A stretch of DNA of 64,000 nt from a virus (Duplodnaviria > Heunggongvirae > Uroviricota > Caudoviricetes), in IMG/VR virus record IMGVR_UViG_3300023297_000003. The stretch is one strand, 5' to 3'. This document shows, piece after piece, positions 1 to 9,632 of the stretch. The notes below the pieces were generated by a model that was not told where the DNA came from, ran no database searches, and worked only from the letters and a program-made list of their open reading frames with translations. The number at the start of each line of letters is the position of its first letter. The stretch's first letter is position 1. The position numbers and the translations under genes are program-made.

Positions 1-163
1 ATTAACGTTGGCCTCCTCAACGACAGCCCAATCTTGTGGCGTCCATGGTGTGTAGCTGCCCATCAGTGGATGAGGGTGTGTTTTGCTTTCATCCTTCTTG
101 TCTACTCCAAAGGCACTGTCGACGGTAGCCTCCTTATAAACATCGAATGGATAGAGGTGCAAA

Positions 164-493
164 ATGGCCGGAAAACTGAACGCTCAGAACACCCTGGGAG
201 ATGCCCTCCAGATGTACTGCATGGCAGTTCTGGAAAAGGTCAGTCGGACCATCCCCGATTCCAAGGTTGAACCCAACGGGCAATCTGCTGCTAAGATGTT
301 GACCCCTGCCAGCATTGGGTACAGCTACATCTACGTGGGTTTCCTGCCCAACGGAGACCTTCAGGTGTTGAGCCACGGTGCTCTCGCTTCAGGACGACCG
401 GCAGCCCTAGTCGGTTCCATCAAGTTGGGCCGGGCTGTGGGCTTAACGGTAAAGGCCCTGGCCAGCAAGATCATCACTAAGTTGGAGAACTGA
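164..493 (+). CDS. hypothetical protein
   Basis: 109-aa ORF with GAGGTG RBS and an upstream TATAAAC; next ORF starts at 495. Confidence 0.55.
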   Translation: MAGKLNAQNTLGDALQMYCMAVLEKVSRTIPDSKVEPNGQSAAKMLTPASIGYSYIYVGFLPNGDLQVLSHGALASGRPAALVGSIKLGRAVGLTVKALASKIITKLEN

Positions 494-494
494 C

Positions 495-1538
495 GTGAGG
501 ACACCAGCACAAAGGCTGGCCTGCCGATACGTCAACGCCATTGAGTTCTCCAACGAAGACGCTCTGAAGGATTATCTGAGGGAACACCCCAAGGCAGACC
601 CGCACAGACACAAGGTCAAAAGCCCTGATGGTAAGAGCAAAGCCCCCGAGGACAAACCCAAGGGGGGCAAGGGTGTTGGGACGACCGACGTGGAGAAGGC
701 CAAAGAGAAAGCCAAAGGTCTTCCCCAGGAAGTCCGGGATAGGTTGGACAAATATCATCTTGACGTTGTCGGGGATGACATTGACCAGGCCATCGAAATC
801 GCCAAGAAGTTGAGCGAAGGGATCGACAAATCCGCTGACGTCTGCAAACTCTCTCCTCCCGTGTGTGATGGGAACCTGGGGCTGTCCCGTGACAAGATGC
901 CACAGATCCCCGGAGATATGTCCGTCAAAGAAATGCTGGATGCGACAAAGAAGGATGGCAGTTCCGACGAAGGTGCCCGTGCCAAGGGGAAAGCTGCTGT
1001 GGAAGCGGGAGCCGACCCGGATGATGACCGCACGATCCTTAATCAAATGTTGGACACTCTCAAGGGCGAAGGCGTGACCGTCAAACCTGAGAAAGTGCCG
1101 GTCGGTCAACTCAAGGCAACCCAGAAGGAGATCAAAGCAGGGAAGACCTTTGGGATGGCAGACTCACATCTGAAGGGCACCTTCCCCAACATCGGGGATC
1201 AGATCGTAATCTCCTCCGATGGCCACATTCTGGATGGGCACCATCGCTGGGCCGCTCTCCTGACCATTGACCCCAAGCGCACGATGAACGTGATCCGGGT
1301 CGGTGTCACGATGAAGGACATGCTGGATCGTGCGGATGAGATGCCCGGTGTTTACCGTGAAGACTTCCAGGGAAAGCCTCTAGCCCTGCCGGACGACATC
1401 AAAAAGCGGAAGAAAAGGTACCTCAAGAAACGGGATAAGGGAAAGAAGAGTTCCTTAAGAACTGGGGTACTACGCCTCGCTCAGACGCATCCGAAATACC
1501 GCAGGCACCTCATTCCTATTCTCCGTCATCACCGTTAG
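495..1538 (+). CDS. ParB/sulfiredoxin-like domain protein with low-complexity N-terminus
   Basis: VPVGQLKATQKEI...IVISSDGHILDGHHRWAALL is typical of the ParB/Srx fold; C-terminal LRLAQTHPKYRRHLIPILR resembles a motif in 25083..25568. Confidence 0.65.
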   Translation: MRTPAQRLACRYVNAIEFSNEDALKDYLREHPKADPHRHKVKSPDGKSKAPEDKPKGGKGVGTTDVEKAKEKAKGLPQEVRDRLDKYHLDVVGDDIDQAIEIAKKLSEGIDKSADVCKLSPPVCDGNLGLSRDKMPQIPGDMSVKEMLDATKKDGSSDEGARAKGKAAVEAGADPDDDRTILNQMLDTLKGEGVTVKPEKVPVGQLKATQKEIKAGKTFGMADSHLKGTFPNIGDQIVISSDGHILDGHHRWAALLTIDPKRTMNVIRVGVTMKDMLDRADEMPGVYREDFQGKPLALPDDIKKRKKRYLKKRDKGKKSSLRTGVLRLAQTHPKYRRHLIPILRHHR

Positions 1539-2100
1539 CGGCTTCCTTGAAGACGACTTCCTCGTCCTCGGCAAGGAAAGTCACATCATCATTTTCAGGT
1601 TCCTCGGTGATGAAGCCGACCTCGTCCCTCTCTGGGATCACCCCTAGCCCCAGAGTGTCCGGTCCGAACGTCTCCAAGATGTCAGCGTTGAAGGAGTCTA
1701 CCTCCTCCGGTGTTGCCTTCTTGTGGGGACCCTTGTAAGAGGACAGGGGAGTGACCGGCGGATGAACCGCTCGTGGCTTCCTTTTCATACCATGGGTCAG
1801 GAACCGAGTAACGCCAGGGACTGTCGATGTGATGAGTTCGTAGAGCAACGCCGTGGGAAGGTCCACAATAAAGGGCTTCCCATCCTTGCACCACACGTGC
1901 CCGTCCAGGGTAGCGTAAAACACCTCATCAGGAGCTAACCGTAAACGGTCGACCCCATCCCTGGCCCCCAGGAGAATCGTGCGGTCTCCCGCTTGAAAAG
2001 GGAAGAACAACAGACGGGTCAGAGTGTTCTTCAGGGCGGTCAGCATTGCTGGTGATAGGATCGGAAAGGAACGGGGCGGAAGTCTGAAAGGCCAACGCAT
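1516..2100 (-). CDS. hypothetical protein, acidic C-terminus
   Basis: 194-aa ORF convergent with the ParB-like gene. Confidence 0.5.
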   Translation of the reverse strand: MRWPFRLPPRSFPILSPAMLTALKNTLTRLLFFPFQAGDRTILLGARDGVDRLRLAPDEVFYATLDGHVWCKDGKPFIVDLPTALLYELITSTVPGVTRFLTHGMKRKPRAVHPPVTPLSSYKGPHKKATPEEVDSFNADILETFGPDTLGLGVIPERDEVGFITEEPENDDVTFLAEDEEVVFKEAANGDDGE

Positions 2101-2318
2101 GGGATACTCCTATGATGGACTGCGTTCTTAGACAGTACCCCAGAAGTCTTGAAGCTTTGTCAAGTAAAAGTTTTCGGCTAGTATGGTGCAGGAGTTTCCA
2201 GTGGCCGAGGAGTTTAGGGTAACTCCTACTTGTGAAACCCTGCGAGTTGGGCGAGAACTTCCATGGGGCCAAAGAAACAGCGTGCCGGAAAATTCAAGGA
2301 CAAACTCCCGGACTGCGC

Positions 2319-2489
2319 TCAATCTATACGTGGGATGTCCACACCTAGTTGTTGCACGAGAACACTTCCCGTACTACTGACATACATGGGAATGCAACCG
2401 CATTTGGGACAGACGGCCCCAATTCCTGGAGGGACTACGTAACGAGAATGGCAACTCCGGCATTTTACGATCCGGGTCACATCAGGCAT
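2319..2489 (-). CDS. small zinc-ribbon protein
   Basis: CRSC...CPKC; ATG at 2489 overlaps the TAA of the PurA-like gene (TAATG). Confidence 0.6.
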   Translation of the reverse strand: MPDVTRIVKCRSCHSRYVVPPGIGAVCPKCGCIPMYVSSTGSVLVQQLGVDIPRID

Positions 2490-3763
2490 TACACTTTTAT
2501 GTTTGTCCATTTGTCTTTGTCACTCCAAGACTGTGCTACCACCGGCAGTCCCAGTTCCCTCGTCAATAGTTCAATCACGTCATCGTAGGTTTCGTAACGA
2601 GGCACGGGGTTGTGACACAGCGCCAGATCCCGAATGGTCCGGTTGCCCATGCCATCGTACTGGTCACAGTAGCGTTTGGACTCGGGGATCTGATCCATGT
2701 GTGTGACCACGATCCCGTCGAGACCTTTCATGGACCCCACGGAGTACCGAAGCAGGGGGAGGTCCAGGTCACCCATGCGGAACCCCTGTTGCCACTCGTT
2801 GAAGACGTTGTGCGGGTCGGTGCTGGCCAGGACCGAGTTCTCGGTCGGCAACGGCCCGACGCCGTGCCTGTGGGCGTAGGTGCGGGTGACCCCCAGCATC
2901 GTGTGTTCAAAGTCCCCCAGGTACGGCAGGGCCTCACTGACAACCGTTCTGGAATGAGTGATGAACGGAATGGTCCCAATGTCCCTGTCCAGGAGAGCCC
3001 CCTGAGAACCCTCGAAAATACAGGGACCGCCTCTCAGGTAACTGTAAAGCACATCCTGGAATCCCCGCTTGATGCAGGAACCAAGGATCGAACTCAACTC
3101 ATGGAGTTTCTCAGCGTACAGATGGGCGCTGTGATAACACACCCCCAGTTCTTTCCTGTACAGAGCCTGGGCATCGGGGCAGAATAATTCAACAATCTCA
3201 TTCTTGGCGACCCTGATCGCCTCCAGCTTGTCCGCCAGCTCGATCCGGTGGGTGGATCGAGCGTTGCCCTGGAGGTATCCCTGGATAGCGGCACCGGCAC
3301 GAAGCACCAGTTCAGGGTGGTTCCGAACATCATCGAAAGTGTCCCCTACCCCGAGGCCCACCGAGGATAATCGACCACCTTCGGCAACCTCACGATGGAC
3401 TTCCCGTGCCCTGTTCAGCGCCCGGTGATACCACGTCGTCGTGGGGCAGTTGGGGGAAATGTGCAAACGTAAGAGGAGATCCCCCAGGCCATTGGTCCGA
3501 TGGGCATCGGCTTCACGAATCAAGCTCAGGGGATTCCAGGCCATCTTGTCCGTGATGAAGGTCTGGACGATGGAGGACACAGCACACCCGGAACCGAACT
3601 GAGCGAAGATGTGGCTGACATCACCCCGAACGACCCTGTGTGCCGCTTGGCACCCACCGGAGAACCTGATGTTAGCTTTCGCCCCCAGTACATCGGTCAG
3701 CTTGGCTACCGTGTGACCCTTCCCCTCGTCCCCGAAGAGAAGTCCCCCTACAACGTAGTGCAT
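2489..3763 (-). CDS. purA: adenylosuccinate synthetase-like protein (divergent PurA family)
   Basis: GLLFGDEGKG P-loop, RFSGGCQAAHRV, FEGSQGALLD, GTIPFITHSRT, RHGVGPLPTE, THMD. Confidence 0.88.
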   Translation of the reverse strand: MHYVVGGLLFGDEGKGHTVAKLTDVLGAKANIRFSGGCQAAHRVVRGDVSHIFAQFGSGCAVSSIVQTFITDKMAWNPLSLIREADAHRTNGLGDLLLRLHISPNCPTTTWYHRALNRAREVHREVAEGGRLSSVGLGVGDTFDDVRNHPELVLRAGAAIQGYLQGNARSTHRIELADKLEAIRVAKNEIVELFCPDAQALYRKELGVCYHSAHLYAEKLHELSSILGSCIKRGFQDVLYSYLRGGPCIFEGSQGALLDRDIGTIPFITHSRTVVSEALPYLGDFEHTMLGVTRTYAHRHGVGPLPTENSVLASTDPHNVFNEWQQGFRMGDLDLPLLRYSVGSMKGLDGIVVTHMDQIPESKRYCDQYDGMGNRTIRDLALCHNPVPRYETYDDVIELLTRELGLPVVAQSWSDKDKWTNIKV

Positions 3764-3771
3764 CCGCCCTC

Positions 3772-4668
3772 CTACTTCTTCGCCTTCTTCGTCTTCGCTT
3801 TGACCTTCTTCCCCAGGGGCTTCGACTTCGCAGCCAGCGACTCGGTGTAACCCTTGATGGTCGTGGTGACCGTCTCGATCCGTTCCTCGCTCTGGCCCCG
3901 GTCCTTCATATCCTGGATGTATTCATCCAAGGTCCGGGACTCGCACACCATAGCGATGAGACCGAGCATCGTGTCCACGATGGCCTTGGGATCCGGGAGG
4001 AGGAGGAAACGCTCCGCCATCAGGGTGCGCCACTGAGCGACAATGGCCTCGTCCTGCTGGGTGTAGCGACTCCCGCAATAGGGCCAGTGGATGTGGAACA
4101 CCTCGAACTTTTCCATGAGTCCCTGGAAGACCACGTCGTTGGGGAATCCGTCCGTCATCGGGTAGTAGCCCTCGTCTCCGATGAAGAAGAAGAACGGCTT
4201 CACGGCATTGGGGATGTCGCACTGGTTGACGTAGAACGCCGCTGCCATGTCGTAGCTCTCCTGCATCGTCCCGCCGCCACCGCCTTCCAGCCAGAGCTTC
4301 TTGAGCCAGGGATGGATGGCCTTAGCCTTCTCGAACGGCGTCACCTGGAGCGGGGCACGGTCCGAGAACACGTCCCCGACGCAGCAGAAGGAAAGAGCCG
4401 GGTCCGTCAGGTAGCCCTGCTGCTCGATCTGGCCCCAGAACATCGGCATCTTGTCGTACATGATGCGGGCGGAGTCTCCCATGGACCCCGTGACGTCGAG
4501 GGCCACCACGACCGGGTGCTTGACGTCCGTGGAGAGCTTGGTCGTCTTGTCGGGGACAACCGTCGAGTCTGCCTGCGTTGTGCCGCTGAACGTCCGGGCC
4601 GAACCCGTTGAGTACGACCGTCCCGAGTCCGCTGTGCCGACTGACACATCATAGCTTGAACCACCCAT
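3772..4668 (-). CDS. von Willebrand factor A (VWA) domain protein
   Basis: VVVALDVTGSMG MIDAS motif, EGGGGG..QESY, FFFIGDE; directly upstream of the PurA-like gene. Confidence 0.85.
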   Translation of the reverse strand: MGGSSYDVSVGTADSGRSYSTGSARTFSGTTQADSTVVPDKTTKLSTDVKHPVVVALDVTGSMGDSARIMYDKMPMFWGQIEQQGYLTDPALSFCCVGDVFSDRAPLQVTPFEKAKAIHPWLKKLWLEGGGGGTMQESYDMAAAFYVNQCDIPNAVKPFFFFIGDEGYYPMTDGFPNDVVFQGLMEKFEVFHIHWPYCGSRYTQQDEAIVAQWRTLMAERFLLLPDPKAIVDTMLGLIAMVCESRTLDEYIQDMKDRGQSEERIETVTTTIKGYTESLAAKSKPLGKKVKAKTKKAKK

Positions 4669-4681
4669 CTGTTACCTCCTG

Positions 4682-5092
4682 CTAAAGTTCCACTGTAAAA
4701 CGCACAACGTCGTGACGCCCGGACGGGTGCTCCTGGAGGGAGAACGTCAGGGGGATCACGTCTACGAGCTTCATTGCTTCCTTGATGGCATTCAGCTTGG
4801 AGGGGTTGGCGCAGATGAAATCGATCTCCAAAGGCTTGGCTCCGAAGGCTTCCTCCCAGAGAAGCATGAGCCGTCCCTTCTCCTCATCATGGACAGCCTG
4901 GAACAGAGCCTCACCCTCAGGACAACACGCCGTCACGGCCTTCCCGCAGGGTCCCACGCCCATCTTCAGGTAACGGAGGGCGTCCCCCCACTCCCCAGCC
5001 ATGTACTTCTCCCGGACCTCGGCCAGCACGGGACAGCCATCGGCCTCCGGGCATTGGGCTGTGACCTTGTCCAGCATCTCAGTGATCTGCAT
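4682..5092 (-). CDS. hypothetical protein, first gene of the VWA-PurA operon
   Basis: 136-aa ORF with GGAGG RBS and a variant promoter at 5114-5139. Confidence 0.6.
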   Translation of the reverse strand: MQITEMLDKVTAQCPEADGCPVLAEVREKYMAGEWGDALRYLKMGVGPCGKAVTACCPEGEALFQAVHDEEKGRLMLLWEEAFGAKPLEIDFICANPSKLNAIKEAMKLVDVIPLTFSLQEHPSGRHDVVRFTVEL

Positions 5093-5113
5093 TTCAACAA
5101 CCTCCTGCCTGTT

Positions 5114-5139
5114 CTACTCCAAAGGGGCACTTGATGTTT
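5114..5139 (-). promoter_or_regulatory. class A promoter variant (AAACATC-N13-GAGTAG)
   Basis: spacing matches the consensus; 22 nt upstream of ATG 5092. Confidence 0.5.
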
Positions 5140-5205
5140 CGGCTGAGAGGATCATCTCTGACATGATGGGAGTAGTTAAGGTGATGGAAAACCACGGAGG
5201 AACCC

Positions 5206-5766
5206 ATGGCGAATCCCAACTGGACCGAAGACCTGAAGGATGTGATCGACTTTCACCGGTGCCTGCTTCAGGTCCAACACAAACAGGCCGGAGCAGCCCT
5301 CATCTTTGCTGCCTTGGGAAAAGGGCTGCTGCAAGACCGTAAGGCCGCTGACATCACCCCCGAAGACGTGCGCCTGCTGCTGGCCAAAACCACAAACCTC
5401 GCATCCACCTCGGAAGCCAGCGCTCTGCGAATGTCCCTGACCACGTTGCTGGTGATGCACAAAGAAGACAGGCCCGCATGCGTGCAGCAGCAACCCATCC
5501 AGGTGGACAAAGAGGTCCACCTGACCTTTGGGACCACGATATTTCACATCTCCTCGGCCTACGTCCGGTGGGAGACCCCCGGAAAGGCGATGGAGTGCGG
5601 CTGCTTCGACCGCACTGACCCCAGCCACGTCTGTTACAAGGACGATCAGTTGATCATCGAGATCCCGCACATGGGGACGCTGGAGTTCAAACTGCACGAT
5701 GACGAGACCGTCGAGGACATCAAGAAGCTGGTGTGGACGTTGAAGATGGGGCCGGAATACTGTTAG
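5206..5766 (+). CDS. hypothetical protein
   Basis: 186-aa ORF with GGAGG RBS. Confidence 0.6.
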   Translation: MANPNWTEDLKDVIDFHRCLLQVQHKQAGAALIFAALGKGLLQDRKAADITPEDVRLLLAKTTNLASTSEASALRMSLTTLLVMHKEDRPACVQQQPIQVDKEVHLTFGTTIFHISSAYVRWETPGKAMECGCFDRTDPSHVCYKDDQLIIEIPHMGTLEFKLHDDETVEDIKKLVWTLKMGPEYC

Positions 5767-5996
5767 CTCTCGTTCCCAGAGTTCTTGGTGCTGACGAAGT
5801 CGTTCAGTTTCCCCGCCAGTGTGATCACGTCTTCGGGAGACGGGGGATCAATGAACCGAACATCCCGTGCCTTGTCCCCCTTCCGGTTGGCATTTGACAT
5901 CTCCGCTGACATCCGCACGTCCCAAGGCTGATAAAGCATGTCCTTGGCGATGTTCACCAACTCCAAACGCATCCTGTAACCACTGTCCTGTCCCAT
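5763..5996 (-). CDS. hypothetical protein
   Basis: 77-aa ORF with GGAGG RBS. Confidence 0.55.
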   Translation of the reverse strand: MGQDSGYRMRLELVNIAKDMLYQPWDVRMSAEMSNANRKGDKARDVRFIDPPSPEDVITLAGKLNDFVSTKNSGNES

Positions 5997-6969
5997 AATT
6001 TCCTCCCAGTGCGTGTGTGTAGCCGCTCACCTTGGGCGACCTGGAATGACTGTACCACGCTAATCAGCGTGGATAATACCGAAACCAAGCTGGGGTGTCA
6101 GGAAACCGTCAATGTTCTGGACTGACAGGACACCTCCGATGAGTTCCATCTTCATTTCTTTGCCATAATAGTCCCACACGAAGGGCGTCCGGCTGACATG
6201 TGCCGGGATCTCGTCACGGGGAAAAGCTGACTTCCAACCGCTCTGATCCATCGTGGCCTTCCAGTCGTAGAACTTGCCCTCCTTCGGGACAAGGCCCTCC
6301 TGTTTGTCACCATAGTTCAGGAAGGCTGAGATCCAGCCCGTCATGTCGTCTGTCCCCGAACCAGAGAAGTGCTTGTACAGGGAGGACCAGAAGCCCTCGT
6401 CGTAGGGTGCCCCCGCAGCCTGGGCTGCAATCGTGGCCAGGACAGGAAGGAGATGGTCGAAATAATCCTTCAGGTGAGGGTCGAACATCTTGGCCAGTTC
6501 TGTGCTCGCCAGCAGCAGCTTTCGGTAGTCCTCTGGGCAACCCAGGAGTCTGATGGAGGGCAGGCCACACCTCGTGGTGCAGCGGTAGGAGAAGAAGGGA
6601 GAGGCAGCATCCATGAAGGCCACCAGTGTTCCCGCTTGCGACGCCACGGTGTGGGTCGAGAAGGTCGGGAACATCTGATCCATTGTTTCCTGCGGGCACC
6701 GTTCCGCCAGGGCTGTGTAGAACAGACCCATCATCTCGTGCCACGGGGAAGGAGATCCAAGGATCAGGTGGTCATGCCGAACATGGACAAGCTGCTTCTC
6801 ATCCGACGCCGTGAACAGCGCCCGGTAGTCCTCTGGATTTTGCTTGACCGTGATCGCCACCTCATGAAGGACAAGATACATCAGGACGTCGGGAGACAAG
6901 GCGATGGGCCAGTGTTCCGAGAATGCCGTGTGGACGGTGTGGAAGAGGAGGCTGCGCCCGCTCGGAGGG

Positions 6970-7335
6970 TTGCCAGCAGTAGCTCAAAACAGCCTTTAAT
7001 AGGGACTCTTTGCGTCGGGGAGGGGTCAAAAATCCTTGACTTGATCCTCCCTCTTCTTACTGTACTCAGCGTAAGGGCGATAGCCAAGCTCTTCAAAATG
7101 TTCTTTGGGACTTTGGGTTTGGTGGTTGGTGAGGAGAGACCTCACTGTAAAACTCAAATCGTTGAAGAACTTAGCAGTCTTAACGATTGTGAATGACCGG
7201 GAGTTCCTCGGTTACAGCCTGTGGAGAGGAAAGCTCTGGCTTGGTGCCTTTTGACCAAGTGAAACTATCCTCAGTGAAGCAGGAACCTAACGTCAGTCAA
7301 GGTTTGTCCTTGATTGAGTCAGTTTAGGAGAACGG
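6970..7335 (+). mobile_element. non-autonomous IS607-family MITE (family 2), 366 bp, no ORF
   Basis: flanked by GG (6968-69 and 7334-35); 3' ~140 nt nearly identical to 44545-44683; in-frame empty-site reconstruction; internal TTGACT-16-TACTGT promoter (7036-7063). Confidence 0.85.
7195..7335 (+). ncRNA. putative TnpB omegaRNA scaffold (family 2)
   Basis: GGTTACAGCCTGTGGAGAGGAAAGC...GAAGCAGGAACCTAAC...TTTAGGAGAACGG is shared with the 3' end of the tnpB element at 44683; 5' boundary uncertain. Confidence 0.6.
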
Positions 7336-7710
7336 TACATCAGGTCTACCATCTCAGGATGGGACAGATGTTCGTAGTGGATCTTCTCCGCCCCCTGTTC
7401 CCTCCGTTGTGGTTCCTCCCACGAATCCAAATGCACACGAAGAATCTGAGGGGTTTTGATGGACAGCGCTCGTCCGACGAACGTCTTTGCGTCCACAGTC
7501 TCCGTCAGGGCACGCTCCACCTGAACAAGACCCGTCCCGTAAATGTTAGGAATGGCCACGTCGAAGTCCCGACAGACCCGGTTGGGACTGTTCCCCTCCA
7601 CGGAAGAGAAGCCCCCGGCACGAATGACCCGTCCGTCGTCTACTGCGTCCTGAACGATTTTCTTTTCCATCCTATTTTCTCCGTTTACATTCACAAGCCA
7701 ACGACTGATA

Positions 7711-7721
7711 CTACTCTAACG
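7711..7721 (-). promoter_or_regulatory. class B promoter variant (CGTTAGAGTAG)
   Basis: upstream of the DUF4419-like start at 7670. Confidence 0.45.
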
Positions 7722-7755
7722 GGCAAGTAAACGGCACTCTTGGACAGGATAAGGA

Positions 7756-7781
7756 GATCATCGGGGTGGCGTCGAGAGTAG
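7756..7781 (+). promoter_or_regulatory. class A promoter GATCATC-N13-GAGTAG
   Basis: exact match, 20 nt upstream of ATG 7802. Confidence 0.75.
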
Positions 7782-7801
7782 ACTGAGTACGGGAGCAGAT
7801 C

Positions 7802-8509
7802 ATGCAGCGACTTCTAATAGCTTCAGATTTCCACACTGACATCAACAGGAGACTTCCCACCCTGGCCGGTGCTGATGTCCTTGTCCTTGCGGGAGACGTC
7901 GGTCAACTGGACGCTCTCGTGCTCACCATCCCACTCCTGTGTGATCTGTTCCCCCACATCGTCTACGTTGCGGGCAACCACGAGTACTACGAGTCCTCGT
8001 TTGATGCCACCCACGAGGTGCTGTCCCAACTCAGCGCCAAGTTCTCCAACTTCCACTGGCTGAACAACGGCACCGTAACCATCGAAGGTCAACGGTACGT
8101 GGGGACAACCCTGTGGTTCCCAGAAACGCCTCGGGCGTTGGGGTTCGCCCACGGTTTTACGGATTTCAAACACATCGCAGATATGTGGACCCGGTTCGGG
8201 GAGGAGAACACCAAGGCCCAGAAGTTCCTGAATAAAACGGTGCAATCAGACGACATTGTGGTAACCCATCATGCACCGACCCCGAAGAGCATTCACCCAC
8301 AGTACAAAATCAGCGCTGCCAACATCTTCTACGTCTGTGATATGGAACGCCTGATTGAACGGGTGCAGCCCAAGCTCTGGGTACACGGACACATGCACAC
8401 ACCCGTGGATGTGATGCTGGGGGAGACACGGGTTCTGGCGAACCCCTACGGGTACGAAAGCCGAAGGGAAACCAGGAACTTCAATCCGGACCTGATTGTA
8501 GAGACCTGA
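7802..8509 (+). CDS. calcineurin-like metallophosphoesterase
   Basis: SDFH, LAGDV, AGNHEYY, VVTHHAP, WVHGHMH motifs. Confidence 0.92.
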   Translation: MQRLLIASDFHTDINRRLPTLAGADVLVLAGDVGQLDALVLTIPLLCDLFPHIVYVAGNHEYYESSFDATHEVLSQLSAKFSNFHWLNNGTVTIEGQRYVGTTLWFPETPRALGFAHGFTDFKHIADMWTRFGEENTKAQKFLNKTVQSDDIVVTHHAPTPKSIHPQYKISAANIFYVCDMERLIERVQPKLWVHGHMHTPVDVMLGETRVLANPYGYESRRETRNFNPDLIVET

Positions 8510-8513
8510 AAAT

Positions 8514-8539
8514 GATCCTCACAGTCGACCCTGGAGTAG
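8514..8539 (+). promoter_or_regulatory. class A promoter variant (GATCCTC-N13-GAGTAG)
   Basis: one mismatch, correct spacing. Confidence 0.6.
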
Positions 8540-8744
8540 ATGGGGTGTCCTTCAACGAGGAGTTCGACTATGGAAAGGCCAGTCGTTGACTACAAGACCA
8601 TCCACACCATGGATGACACGGTGGCGCTGGACGAGGCCATCAGGGAGCACATCCAGAAGGGATGCAACCCTATGGGGAACCCCGCATGAGGGTGACTGCC
8701 GACCACCGCTACTACTACCAGACCATGGTCCTGCGGGTGAGGCG

Positions 8745-9029
8745 ATGAGTAGACACAAGGGACGGAAAGTCCTGGACTACTACCAGCGCACCATCCCCAA
8801 CTGGGACATCACCGTCTTCGGGGTCGTGATCGAGTCCCCCGACGCCGTGGATGAGGAGAGGATGGCCCAAGTTGGCCAAGGGCTTGTTTGGACCTATTCC
8901 AAAGAGTGGGCTGAAGGGAAACAGGAGATGATCTCCGTCCCCCATGCCTACGAACCCATCTCAGAGGAACAGTTCGAAGCCGCAAAGGCACGAGGTTGGA
9001 CACGGTTCCCTGTAGAGGAGAAAAAGTGA
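8745..9029 (+). CDS. hypothetical protein
   Basis: MSRHKGRKVLDYY..., GAGG RBS. Confidence 0.55.
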   Translation: MSRHKGRKVLDYYQRTIPNWDITVFGVVIESPDAVDEERMAQVGQGLVWTYSKEWAEGKQEMISVPHAYEPISEEQFEAAKARGWTRFPVEEKK

Positions 9030-9091
9030 GACATCTACGAACCCCTCTCAGAAAAGGTGCAATACAGGACACGACTCCCAGTAGAGGAGGA

Positions 9092-9319
9092 ATGATGAAA
9101 ATCTGGAAAGGACTCGGCTGGATGCTTCTCTTTCTGGCCTTCATGTTCTTCATTGGCTGCTTCATTTACGTCTCCCATCACGACGCCCTCTGTAAACAAC
9201 AGTGTGTTGCCGAAGGCTTTGACGGTGGTGTGGCTTGTAGGGGCGAAACCCAGTGCCGCTGTACGGTGGGCACGGTGAGGCCCCAGAAAAAGGGATCATC
9301 TGCCGACCCCACAGAGTAG
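9092..9319 (+). CDS. small membrane protein with Cys-rich C-terminus
   Basis: one hydrophobic helix, then CKQQC...CRGETQCRC; GGAGG RBS. Confidence 0.6.
   Translation: MMKIWKGLGWMLLFLAFMFFIGCFIYVSHHDALCKQQCVAEGFDGGVACRGETQCRCTVGTVRPQKKGSSADPTE
9294..9319 (+). promoter_or_regulatory. class A promoter GATCATC-N13-GAGTAG
   Basis: exact match upstream of 9361. Confidence 0.75.
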
Positions 9320-9360
9320 TCTCAGTGAGGGGGAAATGACCCCCACAAGGAGACCCCACG

Positions 9361-9621
9361 ATGATGCACGAAGCCTACCAAGTTTGGAACACGAAAACCG
9401 ATGAGGAACACTGTGTGTTGGACACACTGAGCGACGCCAAGCATTACGCTCGGGAAGACGGCCTGACCCACTTCGAGATCTGGCGGGGATGGCTGGATGC
9501 CACCTGCGACGATTTCATCGAGGACGTCCGGATCGTGTTCTGCAATCCTTACGAAGGCGAAGACGAGCGAGCGCTGATGGCCCTGGGCCTGTCCTGTCAG
9601 GCCGAAAGTATCCGTTGCTGA
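9361..9621 (+). CDS. hypothetical protein
   Basis: 86-aa ORF with GGAG RBS. Confidence 0.6.
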   Translation: MMHEAYQVWNTKTDEEHCVLDTLSDAKHYAREDGLTHFEIWRGWLDATCDDFIEDVRIVFCNPYEGEDERALMALGLSCQAESIRC

Positions 9622-9632
9622 GGAGAGGGACA

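Larger units (their letters stand above)
6060..7670 (-). pseudogene. DUF4419-like gene interrupted by an IS607-derived MITE
   Basis: removing 6970..7335 joins ...MVDLMY to PPSGRSLLFHTVHTAFSEHWPIALSPDV in frame; HxPIALSPD, FSTHT and TRCGLPSIRLLGCPEDY match DUF4419. Confidence 0.8.

Noticed and set aside
2489-3763. PurZ (Z-genome) enzyme
   Set aside because: Keeps Asp in GDEGKG rather than the PurZ Ser; no DatZ/MazZ-like neighbours recognised.
6970-7335. IStron (group I intron-IS607 hybrid) that would splice and restore DUF4419
   Set aside because: The element is antisense to the host gene, as are the 45523 and 49830 insertions, and I could not identify group I core helices.
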